Made by a program: the position numbers and the translations under genes
Part shown: one piece after another, positions 40,890 to 55,229 of the stretch
Layout of the letters: each line of letters opens with the position of its first letter
Numbering within the stretch: position 1 is the first letter of the stretch
Source: Octopus vulgaris
Taxonomy: Eukaryota
Length of the DNA: 64,000 bases
Assembly: GCA_951406725.2 (NCBI GenBank)
Contig: OX597836.1
Location: 32,736,001-32,800,000 of the forward strand
Direction: 5' to 3'
Notes under the pieces: model-generated
Told to the model about the DNA's origin: nothing
What the model saw: only the letters and a program-made list of their open reading frames with translations
Database searches by the model: none

Positions 40890-41348
40890 TATGTGTGTAA
40901 ATATATTGTCTCCTAAATTACGCAAAAAATGAAAATAACACTGACATCTCATTTTAACAGATATATTTGTCAAAATTACATAAAAATATCTTGAAATACT
41001 AAAGAGTAAATTTATTCAATAAAATCGCTATTGGCTTCAACCACAGCCTCCTGCAACTCTTCTGGATGGTCTTCCTGTTTAAGTTGGTGAATGCTTCCAT
41101 AATCCTTGCCTTCAGTTCATCTTTAGTGTTACAAGGAGTTTTATTGGTCTCTTACTCAACTACACCTCACACATAATAATGAAGTGGGTTGCAGTCTGGA
41201 GAGTTAGGTGGCCAGATGTTACGGTAGATGTGGTTGCAGAAATTGTCTGACAACCATGACTGGGTTCCCCTCCTTGTGTGGCATGGTGCAGAGTCCTGTT
41301 ACCAGACAGGACTCTGTCTTCCAGCAGCCACCCTCTTCACCCAGGGCA
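40890..41348 (-). mobile_element. Second maT (DD37D) relic
   Basis: Reverse complement matches 8635-9085 and reads W*QDSAPCH, retaining the catalytic D. Confidence 0.8.
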
Positions 41349-41585
41349 ACAAACACAGACACACAAACATATACACACACATACATATATATATACATAT
41401 ATATACGACAGGCTTCTTTCAGTTTCCGTCTACCAAATCCACTCACAAGGCATTGGTCGGCCCAGGGCTATAGCAGAAGACACTTGCCCAAGATGCCACG
41501 CTGTAGGACTGAACCCGGAACCATGTGGTTGGTAAGCAAGCTACTTACCACACAGCCACTCCTGCGCCTATGCCACTCCTGCACC

Positions 41586-41640
<55 letters not shown>

Positions 41641-41823
41641 TCACATACATATACACACATATTTATATATATTATGAATACTTGCATACACACACACAAA
41701 CATACATACATATATGTGTATATATATATATATAAAGTTAATCCAAACAAGAAAGCACAGAAAAACACAACGCAAGGACGTGGAACAAATATAGTATTAT
41801 TGGACGCTCAGGAAAGAAGGAGG

Positions 41824-41858
41824 GTTTAACGTTTCGAGCGGAGCTCTTCGTCAGAAAC
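41824..41858 (-). ncRNA. Minimal type-I hammerhead motif (same family as 44297), antisense
   Basis: Reverse complement reads gttt-CTGACGA-a-GAGC tcc GCTC-GAAA-CG-TT-aaac; core intact. Confidence 0.7.
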
Positions 41859-42893
41859 ATAGGAGAAGGAAAGATCCAGAGAAGGGAAGACAGAGGAAAG
41901 AAAATCGCCAACGGTACATATATATATATATATATGACAGACCTCTTTCAGTTTCTGTCTACCAAATTCAAATCCACTCAGAAGGCATTTCTGCCTGAGG
42001 CTATAGTAATAGACAATTGCCCAAGTGCCTTGCCATAGGACTGAACCTAAGCTTCATACAATACACCAATGCTTGTACCTTGTATAGACTTTTTTGCAAA
42101 CTCAACCCTTATCTGTTTTGATCAGTTAAGAAATTTCTTCCTGTCAACAGCCAATTTTTTTTCATATCTTCAGCATATTTTTGTATTTCTTTCCACTATA
42201 GTGCCACCCATTCCTGTACCTAAGAATAATCTGGGATGTATGTTTATGTTATGTTTTACCAAATGACCTTCTTAATATGATAGCTTCTTGGTGATTCATT
42301 AACCACGTTACAACTTAAATTCGTCTCTTTATATGCAAATGTTTTATTATTTGTTATCCATATCATAAAAAGCTTTGGCGATGGTGTCATGCAAAAATTA
42401 CTGGTGCCGGTGCCACATTAAAAGCACTGTTCCTAGTGTCACATAAAAAATGCTGGTACCATGTAAAAACTATCGGCACTGGTGCCATGCAAAAGACACT
42501 GGTGATAGTGCCATGTGAACGGCACTGTCTCAGGTGTCACGATAAAATCACTGGTGCTGGTGCCATGTAAAAAGCACTTGTGATGATGCCTGCAAAAAGC
42601 CCTGGTGATGGTACCATGCAAAAAGCAGTGGTGCAGGTGTCACTTAAAAAGCACTCAATACACTCTATAAAGTAGTTGGTGTTATGAAGGGCATCCAGCT
42701 ATAGAAACCATGGCAAAGCAGATAATATAATCTGGTGTGGCTCTTGCCCTTGCCAGCTCCTGTCAAACTGTCCAACCCATTGGAGCATAGAAAACAGACT
42801 TTAAATCATGATCATGATAACCTCAAGATATAAAAGATTCATAAACAAGCCTATCAAACATACAACACCATCGTCAGCTGTCAAACATACCAT

Positions 42894-42932
<39 letters not shown>

Positions 42933-44296
42933 TTGCTGTGTGGTAAGTAGCTTGCTTACCAACCACATGGTTCTGGGTTCAGTCCCACTGTGTGCCACTT
43001 TGGGCAAGTGTCTTCTTCTATAGCCTCGGGTCGACCAAAGTCTTGTGAGTGGATTTGGCAGACAGAAACTAAAAGAAGCCCATCATATATATGTACACGT
43101 ATATATATATTTGTGTGTGTGTTTGTGTCTGTGCTTATCCCCCAACATCACTTGCGGGTCGGCAAAAGAGACCGATAGAAAAAGTACTAGGCTTACAAAG
43201 AATAAGTCCTGGGGTTGATTTGCTCAATCAAAGGCGGTGCTCCAGCATGGCCACAGTCAAATGACTGAAACAAGTAAAAAGAGTAAAGAGTAACGAGTAC
43301 ATACAACAGGCTTCTATCAGTTTCCATCCACCAAATCCACTCAAAAGGCTTTGGTCGGCCCGGGGCTATAGCAGAAGCCTCTTACCCCATATACCAGGCA
43401 ATGGGACTGAACCTGGAAACCATGCGGTTATGAAATAAACTTCTTACTGCACAGCCAAAAATTAAAAACGAAAATGAATAATAAAAAGAAGAGATGACAT
43501 GAGAGCTCGTGTGTTCTTAATTAAATATGTCACTTGTTGTAATAAAACATCGGTGAGAGAGGCACTTGTACAATGCTTTCGGTTGTCAAGTAGGTATCAA
43601 TGGTCTTGGTACTTTGTAATTTGACAGCTAAATAATGGTATTGGTTTTTCTTTTTTTTTTTTTTTTTTTTTTTTTGTTTTTCTACAACAGATATCTTGAA
43701 TATCTGGAAGATTATAAGCTTTTGGCTAAAGTGGCACTAATGAACAAACAGCCATTGGCTGTTTGCTTTCTGCTAATGCTTACATATAAATGCAGGAGTG
43801 TGTTGGTACATAAGTGTGCATGAATGTATGTGTGTATATATGTATGCGCACATGTGTATGTGCATGTGTACATGTATGTGTGTGTGTGTGGACGTTCGTG
43901 TATTTGTTTGTTTTACATCTGTTTCTCGCTCGCTTGTGTGGGTTAGATGGATATGTCATTTTAGACGACGTTTGTTATACAGCTGGATGCCCTTATGGCC
44001 TCTTTTATGCTCACACATCTTTCTCAATTAAGAGATCTGTTATTCTACGCAGCTTAATATGCACAAATTGACTGGACGATTTATTAACAGTGGAACTGAG
44101 AGCAATGATCCAAGCCCTGAAAGCAATTACAGATGCAAATATACACACGTGGAAAGACACGCACAACACACATATACATCCATGTATGTATGTATGTATG
44201 TATGAATGTAAATGTATATATGTGTATGTATGTATGTATGTGACCGTGTGTGTATACCGTTGGCGATTTTTTTTCCTCTGTCTTCCCTTCTCCTAT

Positions 44297-44331
44297 GTTT
44301 CTGACGAAGAGCTCAGCTCGAAACGTTAAAC
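44297..44331 (+). ncRNA. Minimal type-I hammerhead motif in a Penelope-like terminal repeat fragment
   Basis: gttt-CTGACGA-a-GAGC tca GCTC-GAAA-CG-TT-aaac: 4-bp stem I, extra A between A9 and G10.1, ACGT palindromic helix III, GUU triplet. Confidence 0.7.
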
Positions 44332-46611
44332 CCTCCTTTTTCCCTTCCTTCCTGAGCGTCCAATAATACTATATTTGTTCCATGTCCTCACGTTGTTATG
44401 TTTTCTCTTTGTGTTTTCATGTTTGGATTAACTATATATATATATATATATACATCCATGTATGTATGTATGTGTATATATATATATATATATACACACA
44501 TATTTATTTATTCTTTTACTTATTTTAGTCATTTTGACTGTGGCCATGCTGGAGCACCACCTTTTAGTTGAAGAAATCAACCTCTGGACTTATTCTTTGT
44601 AAGCCTTGTACCTACTCTGTCATTCTCTTTTGCCAGACTGCTATACTACAGGGACATAAACACACCAACATCAGTTATCAAGCAATGTGTGTAGGGGGGA
44701 GGGGAACAAACATACACCCACACACACACAAATATATATATGACAGGCTTCTTTCAGTTTCCATCTACCAAATCCACTCACAAGTCTTTTGTGAATACGA
44801 GGCTATAGTAGAAGACACTTGCCTAAGGTGCCACGCAGTGGGACTGAACCCAGAGCCATGTGGTTGGGAAGCAATCTTCTTACCACACAGCCCCATGTAT
44901 ATATGGAGTATCAAATTTCTTTACTGTCAATATTATTCACCCTTGGTAAGCGAGAACAATAGCTTTAGGTTGATGGCTAGAGACAGGTGACCTAGTTCAG
45001 GATAAATGTCACACTGACCAAATTCATCTTCTTTCTTTTCTTTTCTTCTTTTTCTTTGGCAGTTGATTTGTTTCTGCTCCAAGGAATATATTGCAAGGGC
45101 CATTCCCTACATTTAATAGTTGATCAATCAGTCAATTGATAAAATTGAACAATGAACACACCATAAATGCATATCTGAAACAGCTGTAAGCCTTTAATAA
45201 ATAATTGTATATAATCCATTATTTTTGTCTATTATATGTATATATATAGAGAGAGGGGGGAGGGAGAGAGTCAGGGAGAGGGAGTGAGGGAGGGAAAAAG
45301 AGAGGGGGGAGAGAGAACAAAGTGTATGTACGCCGCTATATATATATATACATATAATACAAAATGGGACAAGAATGCAAAACATCTGGGCAACTAGGTG
45401 ATACAAAAAGGGACAACAAAACATCCAGATAGATGATACAAAAAATAAGGACAAGTTATTTGATGCTTTCTCTCCTCAGTCAAGAACTGGATCATCCTCG
45501 CAATTTCGGCTGATTAATCTTGAGATTGCTCCAATCTGGCCATCACCAAGGAAAAACTAAGCTAAGAGCATTAGATTCCTTGGAAAAAAGCATCGAATGT
45601 ATACAAAAAGAAGTTTTTGTAACTAAACACTTTCAAACTTCAGATGCTGATAGAGTGTGTCATATAGAACCTCCTTTATTCTTAATGTTGTTGAGAAAAG
45701 TTTATATTTTCAAAGTTATTTCGTGTTAAAGTTGTATTTCGGTAATTTCAACCAATCAATGCCGTGTGGACTGGAGCAACATGAAATGACGTGTTTTGCT
45801 CAAGAACACAACACGTTGCCCTGTCCAGGAATTGAAACCCCAATGTTACAATCATAAGTCCAACACCCTAACCACTAAGCCATGTGTCTCCACTATTGCC
45901 CAACCTAGGAATTGAAACCACAATGTTACAGACATAAGTCCAACACCCTAACCACTAAGCCATGTGTCTCCACTATTGCCCAACCCAGGAATTGAAACTA
46001 CTATCTTGCGATCATGAGTCCAACACCCTAACCACTAAGCTACACACCTCCACCTGTTACCTTAAGCCTTTGTACAATAAGAGTGAAGTGAAACAGATTG
46101 GCAATGCATAGAGTTAGTAATAGTAAGTTAAGAGTTGTCTTTCCTTGAAATATCCTTCCTTCTTATGAAAAATTTATGAGAGAATCTCGAACATGTAAAT
46201 TTCAAGATCAAGAAGACCTTATTAAATGTTAATAAAAAGCTTTAGTGTTGTGTGTTTGTTGAAGACTTCCATTGTCTTAGTTAAATATTTACTATATTAA
46301 GAGCCGTACAGAGTTTCTTTCGAATAAAACAGGGAAGAGATGAGTGAGAAAGAGAAAGAAAGATATATATAAATAGAGAGAGAGAGTGGGGGACACAATT
46401 CTTTTCCTTAATTGACTTGATCAACAATTCTGACATGTTTATTACAAGTCTCCAGCGCCTACAGTCCTCTATAATTGCCAGTGGGTGAATTATAATTTGC
46501 AGTGAACTATGCCAGATGCTGTAGGACTCTGCACACAGAAGTAGATATTTGACACTAACTATATTCAAATTAATCAATTTTATTGCTTTTATATATTTAT
46601 TTATCTGTTGC

Positions 46612-46695
<84 letters not shown>

Positions 46696-47249
46696 AATTT
46701 TACTTTTCTTTTTGCAAATATACTGCAGGAATAATTTATTGTAATTTAGAGCTCAGTAATGCTCTGACCTTGAGATTTTATATGAAAGAAAAACGATAAA
46801 ACAAATGTAAAGAAATGAAAGACAAGAAGAAATATAATTTTTCTTTTTATTCTATTTCTTTCCTTTTTTATTATGTTGATTTTTTTTTTTTTCAAAAAAA
46901 AAGAAAATTATTAAACAGTAATTATATTTCATTAAAACATAAATGGAAAATTCATTTAATTGCTGTGTAGTAAGTTTTGCTATATAAATAATAAATAAAT
47001 AGTTATTGTGGAGATAAAGGAAATCTTTCACATCTAATAGTTACTGCTTATCCTCAAATCAACAAGATAATCTCTACAACATGCTAGCAATAGTAGCTAA
47101 GTCATACTTTGCTGTCTTAAAGAAGAAAGGATCATATAAGAGGATATTATCATCCAAAAGATGAAATTATCATCAAAACTTGAACATTTTTGACCAAAGA
47201 TCAGATCAATTAGTTTTGATTTAAGGATCAATCACTACTGATGTGGGCT

Positions 47250-47720
47250 CACTCAGTGTTGATCTGAGATTCAATCAGTGTTGACCAGAGGCTCAATCAG
47301 AGCTTCAGTTAGTGCTGATCTGGTGCTCAGTCAGTGTTGATCTGTGATTCAATCAGTGCTGCTTCTATGATGATCAAAGTTAATCAAAGGCTCAATCAGT
47401 GTTGACCAGAGGTTCAGTTAATGCTGATCTGGTGCTCAATCAGTGTTGATCTGTGATTCAATCAATGCTGCTTCGATGATGACCAAAGTTTGATCAAAGG
47501 CTCGATCAGTACTTATCTGAAATTTAATTAGTACTCATCCGTAATTCAATCAGTACTGATCTGAGGCTCTATCAGCATTGACTAGAGGCTCAGTTAATAT
47601 TAATCTGGTGTTTGATCAATGTTGATCTGAAACTCAATCAGTGCTGCTTTGAGACTTAATCAGTGCTGTTCTGAGTTTCAATCAGGGTGATCTGAGGCAC
47701 AAAACAGTGTTAATTTGAGA
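47250..47720 (+). repeat. ~22-bp degenerate minisatellite (tcaatcagtgttgatctgag-like)
   Basis: About 20 variant units with a higher-order repeat (47270-47390 similar to 47391-47505). Confidence 0.8.
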
Positions 47721-48152
47721 TTCGGTGTTCATATTAAGATTAATCATCAGAGTCTCAATCTGTACAGTTCTGTGTCTCAACCATATGTGTGTGACATGGT
47801 GATCTCATATCATCTCACTTAAAAGGTCCCTGAAAAAGGTTTGTTTAAGGATGTTGAACAAAACACCCATGTTACCAGAGGTGAATTATTCAAACCTCAA
47901 AGAATTCCTCTCAACACATGGCTATGATGCTCCCCCATTGCATCTGCTCATGATCAGAGATTCACATATCATCAGCCACCAAGGAACATGCTCAACCGGT
48001 CAAGGTCAAACAACTGACAAGCAAATCTGTGGACTTGAAACAGAATATTTCCTGTAGCCTGATAATACTTCCAATCAGAAGCCATGAAAGCCAGTGCCTG
48101 GTATGACATTAGGCATTTATGATTATTATGATTATTATTTTTATTATTATCA

Positions 48153-48186
<34 letters not shown>

Positions 48187-48778
48187 CAGCACAATGGACC
48201 AATTGCTCAGAATCATTTCTTTGAATACTTTAAAGCTTTCAGTCATCCACACTCAATCTATTCTTCCTCTACCTATTACAGAGGCCTTACCTATTAGAAA
48301 AGCTTTTCTTCTGACTGAGCTCAATGAATTCCTCATCTCAGTGATTTCACTGAGAACCTTACTGCAGTTTTAGTAGTTTTAATTACAAGACCAGCTTATT
48401 TCAATGATGTTTTTTTTTTATTGTTGTTATTCCTTCAAATCTCAGGTATACAAGAAGAGTGAGGTAGAATCTACAATGTTCTGGATACATTGTGTGTCTG
48501 ATCTTAATGTTATTTTCTGCGAGCTCAATAATATTTCAGCAACAAACACATGGGGACTTTGTGTGGCACTTGCCATTAAGTGGACACGACACCTAGTGTT
48601 GCTGTTACAGATGTAATTTTGTGAGTGGGTCTGACTTTTTCTTAGATGTGTGTGTGTGTGCATATGTGTGTATTCATGATATCAGGTTTCTGATGTTTTC
48701 CAGTCAACTATAGCTAACATTTATGCTATTTTTATTTGACAGCTTATGGTACTTGATTTTTTATGAGGAAATGTTTTA

Positions 48779-48827
<49 letters not shown>

Positions 48828-49030
48828 GTGTAAATATATGCATGTGCGTGAGTGTGCACTCACACACATGTATGTTTGTGTGTGTGTGTGTATGTGTGTG
48901 ATGTTATTGTGTGACCTATTACTCTGAAAAGTTTACCAATAAAACATTTATATGCTTACCTCATACATACATATATATACAAGGACATACATACACACTA
49001 CAGCTCTGTCACCATATTAATATATATCAA

Positions 49031-49081
<51 letters not shown>

Positions 49082-49128
49082 AGATGTATGTATATATGGA
49101 GGGAGATGTGTATCTGTATGTGTGTGTA

Positions 49129-49174
<46 letters not shown>

Positions 49175-49883
49175 GTATGTATGTATGATTATGTATGTAT
49201 GTATGTATGTACATATGTATGTATATTTCATTTGTTTGTGAATGACAGGAGCAGTTTTAATTCAAAATAGCAAACAGATACATCATTGAAAGTCTGATAA
49301 ACATGATATTTGTCCTGAGATAAGATCTCTGATAGACATACATATTTAAAAAAACACAAATACATCAACAGCAGATGAAAATCATCCACCAGCAGTGGCG
49401 TCATTGCTAAACGTGCATTTCTGTCTGGTTGGGCTGCGTCAATAGCATATATCCCCAGGCAGTTGTATGTTAACACAAAATCACATTGCTATACTGAACT
49501 TATATTGCTTCTGTTGCACATAACGAATTTTATTCAGCCTGCCAGCATATTGCGACATCAGTAATTCTTCAATAACTATTTTACTATATCAGTAGCAGGC
49601 GATCTTGTCTTAGCATGTGGTTTTTGGTGGCTCAAGATTTTTGGTACTATGCAGTGACGTACTGTTTGGTGGTTGGTATAGCTTTCAATTCCAAAGTTTA
49701 TATACATAATGATATACATACATACAAATACATACACATACACACATATATATATATATTATATATCATTATCATTATCATTTAATCATCCCTTGTCCAT
49801 GCTAGTATGGGTTGGATGGTTTGACCAGGGCTGGTAAGATATGGATTCAGAGAATCATGTGGCTCTTATAGAAAGCTCCTTCA

Positions 49884-49923
<40 letters not shown>

Positions 49924-50217
49924 TCACACATGTTTGTGTGTGTGCTATACTGGTGGCTGGTGGGTACTTGTCATTGATAAAACTCACTTCCTACTCAATC
50001 TACCCCTTTCCACTCTTGACCACCTCTTCACTGGCATGTAAGCAAGCAACTTTTATATGGTGTCTGCAATCTCTCTCTCTCTCTCCCCTTATTTATCTAT
50101 ATATCTATCGAACTCCCACCATTCCACATCTGCCACCATTTTTCTTTTCGTTTACATGGCGGCAGAATATTGTTTCAGTGGTTTTTAAATTGTCACCACA
50201 GAATCCTCTTGAACAGT

Positions 50218-50935
<718 letters not shown>

Positions 50936-51239
50936 TAATTATTTTTATTTTGCTTTATTGCTGTCCCCAGTGTCTTGGAGGTCCTTCTGGCCAGTAACAG
51001 AAATCATCATCATCATCATCATCATTATCATCATCATTATCATTATTATTACATAACGCGATGAGCTGGCAGAATTGTTAGTACACCAGGTGAAATGCTT
51101 AACGCATTTCGCTTGTCTTTTATGTTCTGAGTTCAAATTCCACTGAGGTCGACTTTGTCTTTCATCTTTTTTCTTTTTTGGTGGGGTGATGGTGGTGGGG
51201 GCGTCGATGTAATAGGCTGCACAGGGGACAGCTTTAAAG

Positions 51240-52700
51240 TGAGAATCACCCTTTCTTGATCTCCTCTTTCCTATAACCCTTCCTCCTCCTTCTCTTCCTC
51301 CTACTACTACTATTTCACTTCTTTTTCCCCTCCTCCTTCTCCTCTTTCTACTACTATACTGGTACTATTTCTTATATCCCCTCCTCTTACTCCTTCTACA
51401 ACAAATACAACTATTACTATTTTTCCTCCTCCTTCTACTACTACCCTTTCTTTTTCTCCTCCTTCTTCTCCTACTACTACTATACTTTTCCTCCTTCTCC
51501 TTCTCTGCTTCCTGCTCCTTCTTCTCAACTTCCTCATCCTTCTCTGCTCCCTCCTCCTCTTCTTCCTCCTGCTACTACTATTTCTTTTCCTCTTCCTCCT
51601 CCTCCTACTGTTTATTTTCCTCTTCCTACTACTACTACTACTAGTTTCTTTTCCTCTTCTCCTCCTCTTCCTCCTACTACTTCTATTTCTTTTCCTCCTC
51701 CTCCTCTTCCTACTACTAGTACTACTACTATTCCTTCTCCTCCTCCTACTACTTCTATTTCTTTTCCTCCTCCTCCTCTTCCTACTACTAGTACTACTAC
51801 TATTCCTTCTCCTCCTCCTACTACTTCTATTTCTTTTCCTCCTCCTCCTCTGCACCCTTCTCTCCCTCTTCCTCCTCCTTTGAACGCTAAGCTGTTAGCC
51901 CTTTTCCTCCAGAAACAAATATATTCTCCACTGCCTATTCATATTCTCCGTTGGCTTCTTTCATTAACAAACGGTCCTTACAATATTCTTTAGGCTTTTA
52001 GTGTGGAAGACTCTGGCTTTTTGGAACAATAATAGTCAATGACGTAAATTGGATAAACTTGCTTCTGCCTTGTCTCTTGGCTTTTGGTTTTTTTTTATTT
52101 TGATGCATATGTTTTTTTTTTTGTTTTTCATTTGACCCTTTTCCATCATGTAGTAACAGGCTGTGTGTTTAAGAGTATTTCTTCTCAACCACTTGGTTGC
52201 AGGTTCAGTCCCACTGCGTGACACCTTAGGCAAGTGTCTTCTGTTTATATAACTTCCAGGCAGACCAATACCTAGCGTGTGAATTCAGTAGATGGAAAAC
52301 GGGTGGAAGCCCGTCTTTCATATATGTGTGTGTGTGTGAGGGGGGGAGGTGTCTTTGTATTTGTCATTGTCTCTTCTTCTTCTTCTTCTTCTTCTTCTTC
52401 TTCTTCTTCTTCTTCTTCCTTCTTCTTCTTTTTCCTCCTTCTCCTTCCTTCTCCTTCTTCTTTCTTCTTCCTCCTTCTCCTTCTTCTTCCTCCTCCTCCT
52501 CCTCCTCCTCTTCTTCTTCTTCTTCTTCTTCCTTCTTCTTCTTTTTCTTCTTCTTCTTCTTCCTCCTTCTCCTTCCTTCTCCTTCTTCTTTCTTCTTCCT
52601 CCTTCTCCTTCTTCTTCCTCCTCCTCCTCCTCCTCCTCTTCTTCTTCTTCTTCTTCTTCTTCTTCTTCTTCTTCTTCTTCTTCTTCTTCTTCTTCTTCTT
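51240..52700. repeat. Pyrimidine-rich tracts: (CCT/ACT)n at 51290-51880 and (CTT/CCT)n at 52370-52700
   Basis: Direct inspection; internal duplications present. Confidence 0.85.
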
Positions 52701-52781
52701 TGTTTACTTCATCAGAGTAGTATTAGCAAATTACTATTTTTAAATCTCACAACAAGAGATATTCAGCAACAGTACTTTGGA

Positions 52782-53130
52782 GTAAAGATTGTTTGCCAAC
52801 ATAACATGGCAGTCCTGGTTTAGGACAAATGTTACTGTAATTTAGCCCCAGGAGACATCGTGTCCAGCTGGCTATACGACACGATCTGTGTCCTTATATT
52901 TTCGAACAAGGGAACCTAGCACCCCAACTCAGCTCAAAACAATATCTGTGTATTGCAATTTCCGGGTTATTGTTTTGATCTGAGTGGGGGTGCTAGTTTC
53001 CCTTGTTCGAAAATATAAGGACACAGATCATGTCATATAGCCAGCTGGAGACGATGTCTCCTGGGGCTAAATTACAGTAACATTCGTCCTAAACCAGGAC
53101 TGCCATGTTATATTGGCAAAGAATCTTTAC
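52782..53130. mobile_element. Foldback / MITE-like element with ~165-bp near-perfect arms
   Basis: gtaaagattgtttgccaa...ctcaaaacaata pairs with tattgttttgatctgag...ttggcaaagaatctttac around a short loop. Confidence 0.85.
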
Positions 53131-54746
53131 ATCAGACTAGTAGTTGTAGTAGTGATGGTGAGGGGGTAGTACTAGTAGGTGGTTGTGGTAGTGGTAGTGG
53201 TAGTGGTAGTAGTTAGTAGTAGTAGTACTACTAGTAGTAATGGTGGTGGTGGTGGTGGTATTGGTAATAGCAGTTGTAGTGTGGTGGTGGTGGTGGTAGT
53301 GCTGGTGGTGGTGTTGTCAGTGGCAGAGGTGGTAGTAGTGGTGGTGGTAGTCGCAGTGATAGCAACAGCAGTAGTAGTAGTAGTAGCTTTTGCTTCTTCT
53401 GCCTTCCATCTTTTCCTTTTCTTAGTTTTGCCACTTAAACATCATTGACTGAAGTTTTTTCTTTTTCTTTTTTCCTCCTCCCACGTCCCTCATTTTTCCT
53501 CTACTCTTCTCTTCTCCCAATTCCTTGAGGTTTCTCCACACCCCCCACTCCCTACCAACACTATCAAGTCCTAGCTTTGCCTCCCTGGAACCTTCTGTGT
53601 CCTGCTGTACAAACCTCTCACACACCCACAAGATCCTTGTACACCACAAGCTGTCTCCACCCTAAGCCTGGCCGCCACCCTGCCCTCCCACTCTCGCCCC
53701 TACCCAGGCAGTCATTTTCTCTTTACAACACTCCACTTGCCACAGGACACCCACCCACCCATGTCCCCTTTTTACTTCTACAAACATTACCCCACCCCCA
53801 CCCACCACCTCCTACTCCACCCTGTTCTCCTGTCCACACTTCTGTACTTAAGCTTCATCTACCTTCCCCACCCTTATGTGTAATGAGTGACACACACAGA
53901 CACACATACACATCTACACTAACGCGTACACACACACAAACACACATACATACGTGGCTTACACATCTACACCAACACGTACTCACATGCTAACACACAC
54001 ACACATACATATATACACATCTACTCCAACACTTACACACATACACACACACATATATGATATACACATCTACATCACACACACACACACACACTTATAC
54101 ATTCATATAGTGACATGTATATATATATATATAAATATATATGTACATATGCACATACATATACAAAGATATATATATACAAATACTATATACATGTATG
54201 AATGATTACTTGCCAATGCATTCATACGACATGTAGCTATTTGCATATGTGAGTAGTCACATGACTCACACACATCCACACACAAAAACACAGAGACACA
54301 TACAAACACACATGAACACACACATATCTTTGCCCATTATATCATCATTCATTTCATGTCCATCTTCCATGCTGGCATGGGTTGAACAGTTCGACAGGAT
54401 CCAACAGGCCAGAAGACTATGTTGAGCTCCAATGTCTGCTTTGGTATGGTTTCCAGAGCTGGATGTTTTTCTTAACCCTCTCAGATCTGTGGCCCCTGTG
54501 TCTAACTTTACCATCTACACAGAATGATTAAATAGTTGCATATATGAAGGCGCAGGTGTGGCTGAGTGGTAAGAAGCTTGCTTCCCAACAACATGGTTCT
54601 AGTTTTAGTCCCATTGCGTTGCACCTTGGGCAAATGTCTTCTACTACAGCCTCAGGCTGATCAAAGCCTTGTGAGAAGATATGGTAGATGGAAACTGAAA
54701 GAAGCCTATCATATATATATATACACACAAACATAAATATATATAT

Positions 54747-54794
<48 letters not shown>

Positions 54795-54903
54795 ATATCC
54801 GGTTCTTGACTGAAGACTGAGGGTTTCGAATGTCCTGTCCGTGTTTATTGTATCGTCTTCTTGAGTTATACGTTCTTGTCCATGTTGTATTTTTCTACAT
54901 ACC

Positions 54904-55003
<100 letters not shown>

Positions 55004-55025
55004 GTATATATATATATACATATGT

Positions 55026-55098
<73 letters not shown>

Positions 55099-55229
55099 CA
55101 CACATACAGGCCCTGGCGTGGCTGTGTGGTAAGGAAGTTTGCTTCTGAGCCATATAGTTCTGGGTTCAGTCCCACTGCATGGTACCTTGAACAAGTGTTT
55201 TCTATTATAGCCTCGGGCCAGATCTTTAC

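Noticed and set aside
42380-42655. ~20-bp repeats resembling a CRISPR-like array
   Set aside because: Degenerate tandem subrepeats of the RTE 3' UTR with no unique spacers; eukaryotic context.
51310-51855. Protamine-like Arg/Ser-rich ORF on the minus strand
   Set aside because: Reverse of a (CCT/ACT)n tract; similar tracts occur nearby and there is no supporting gene structure.
54810-54845. CTGAAGA...GAAT hammerhead-like motif (relative at 45460-45490 on -)
   Set aside because: No GAAA box, no convincing stem II and no helix III palindrome.
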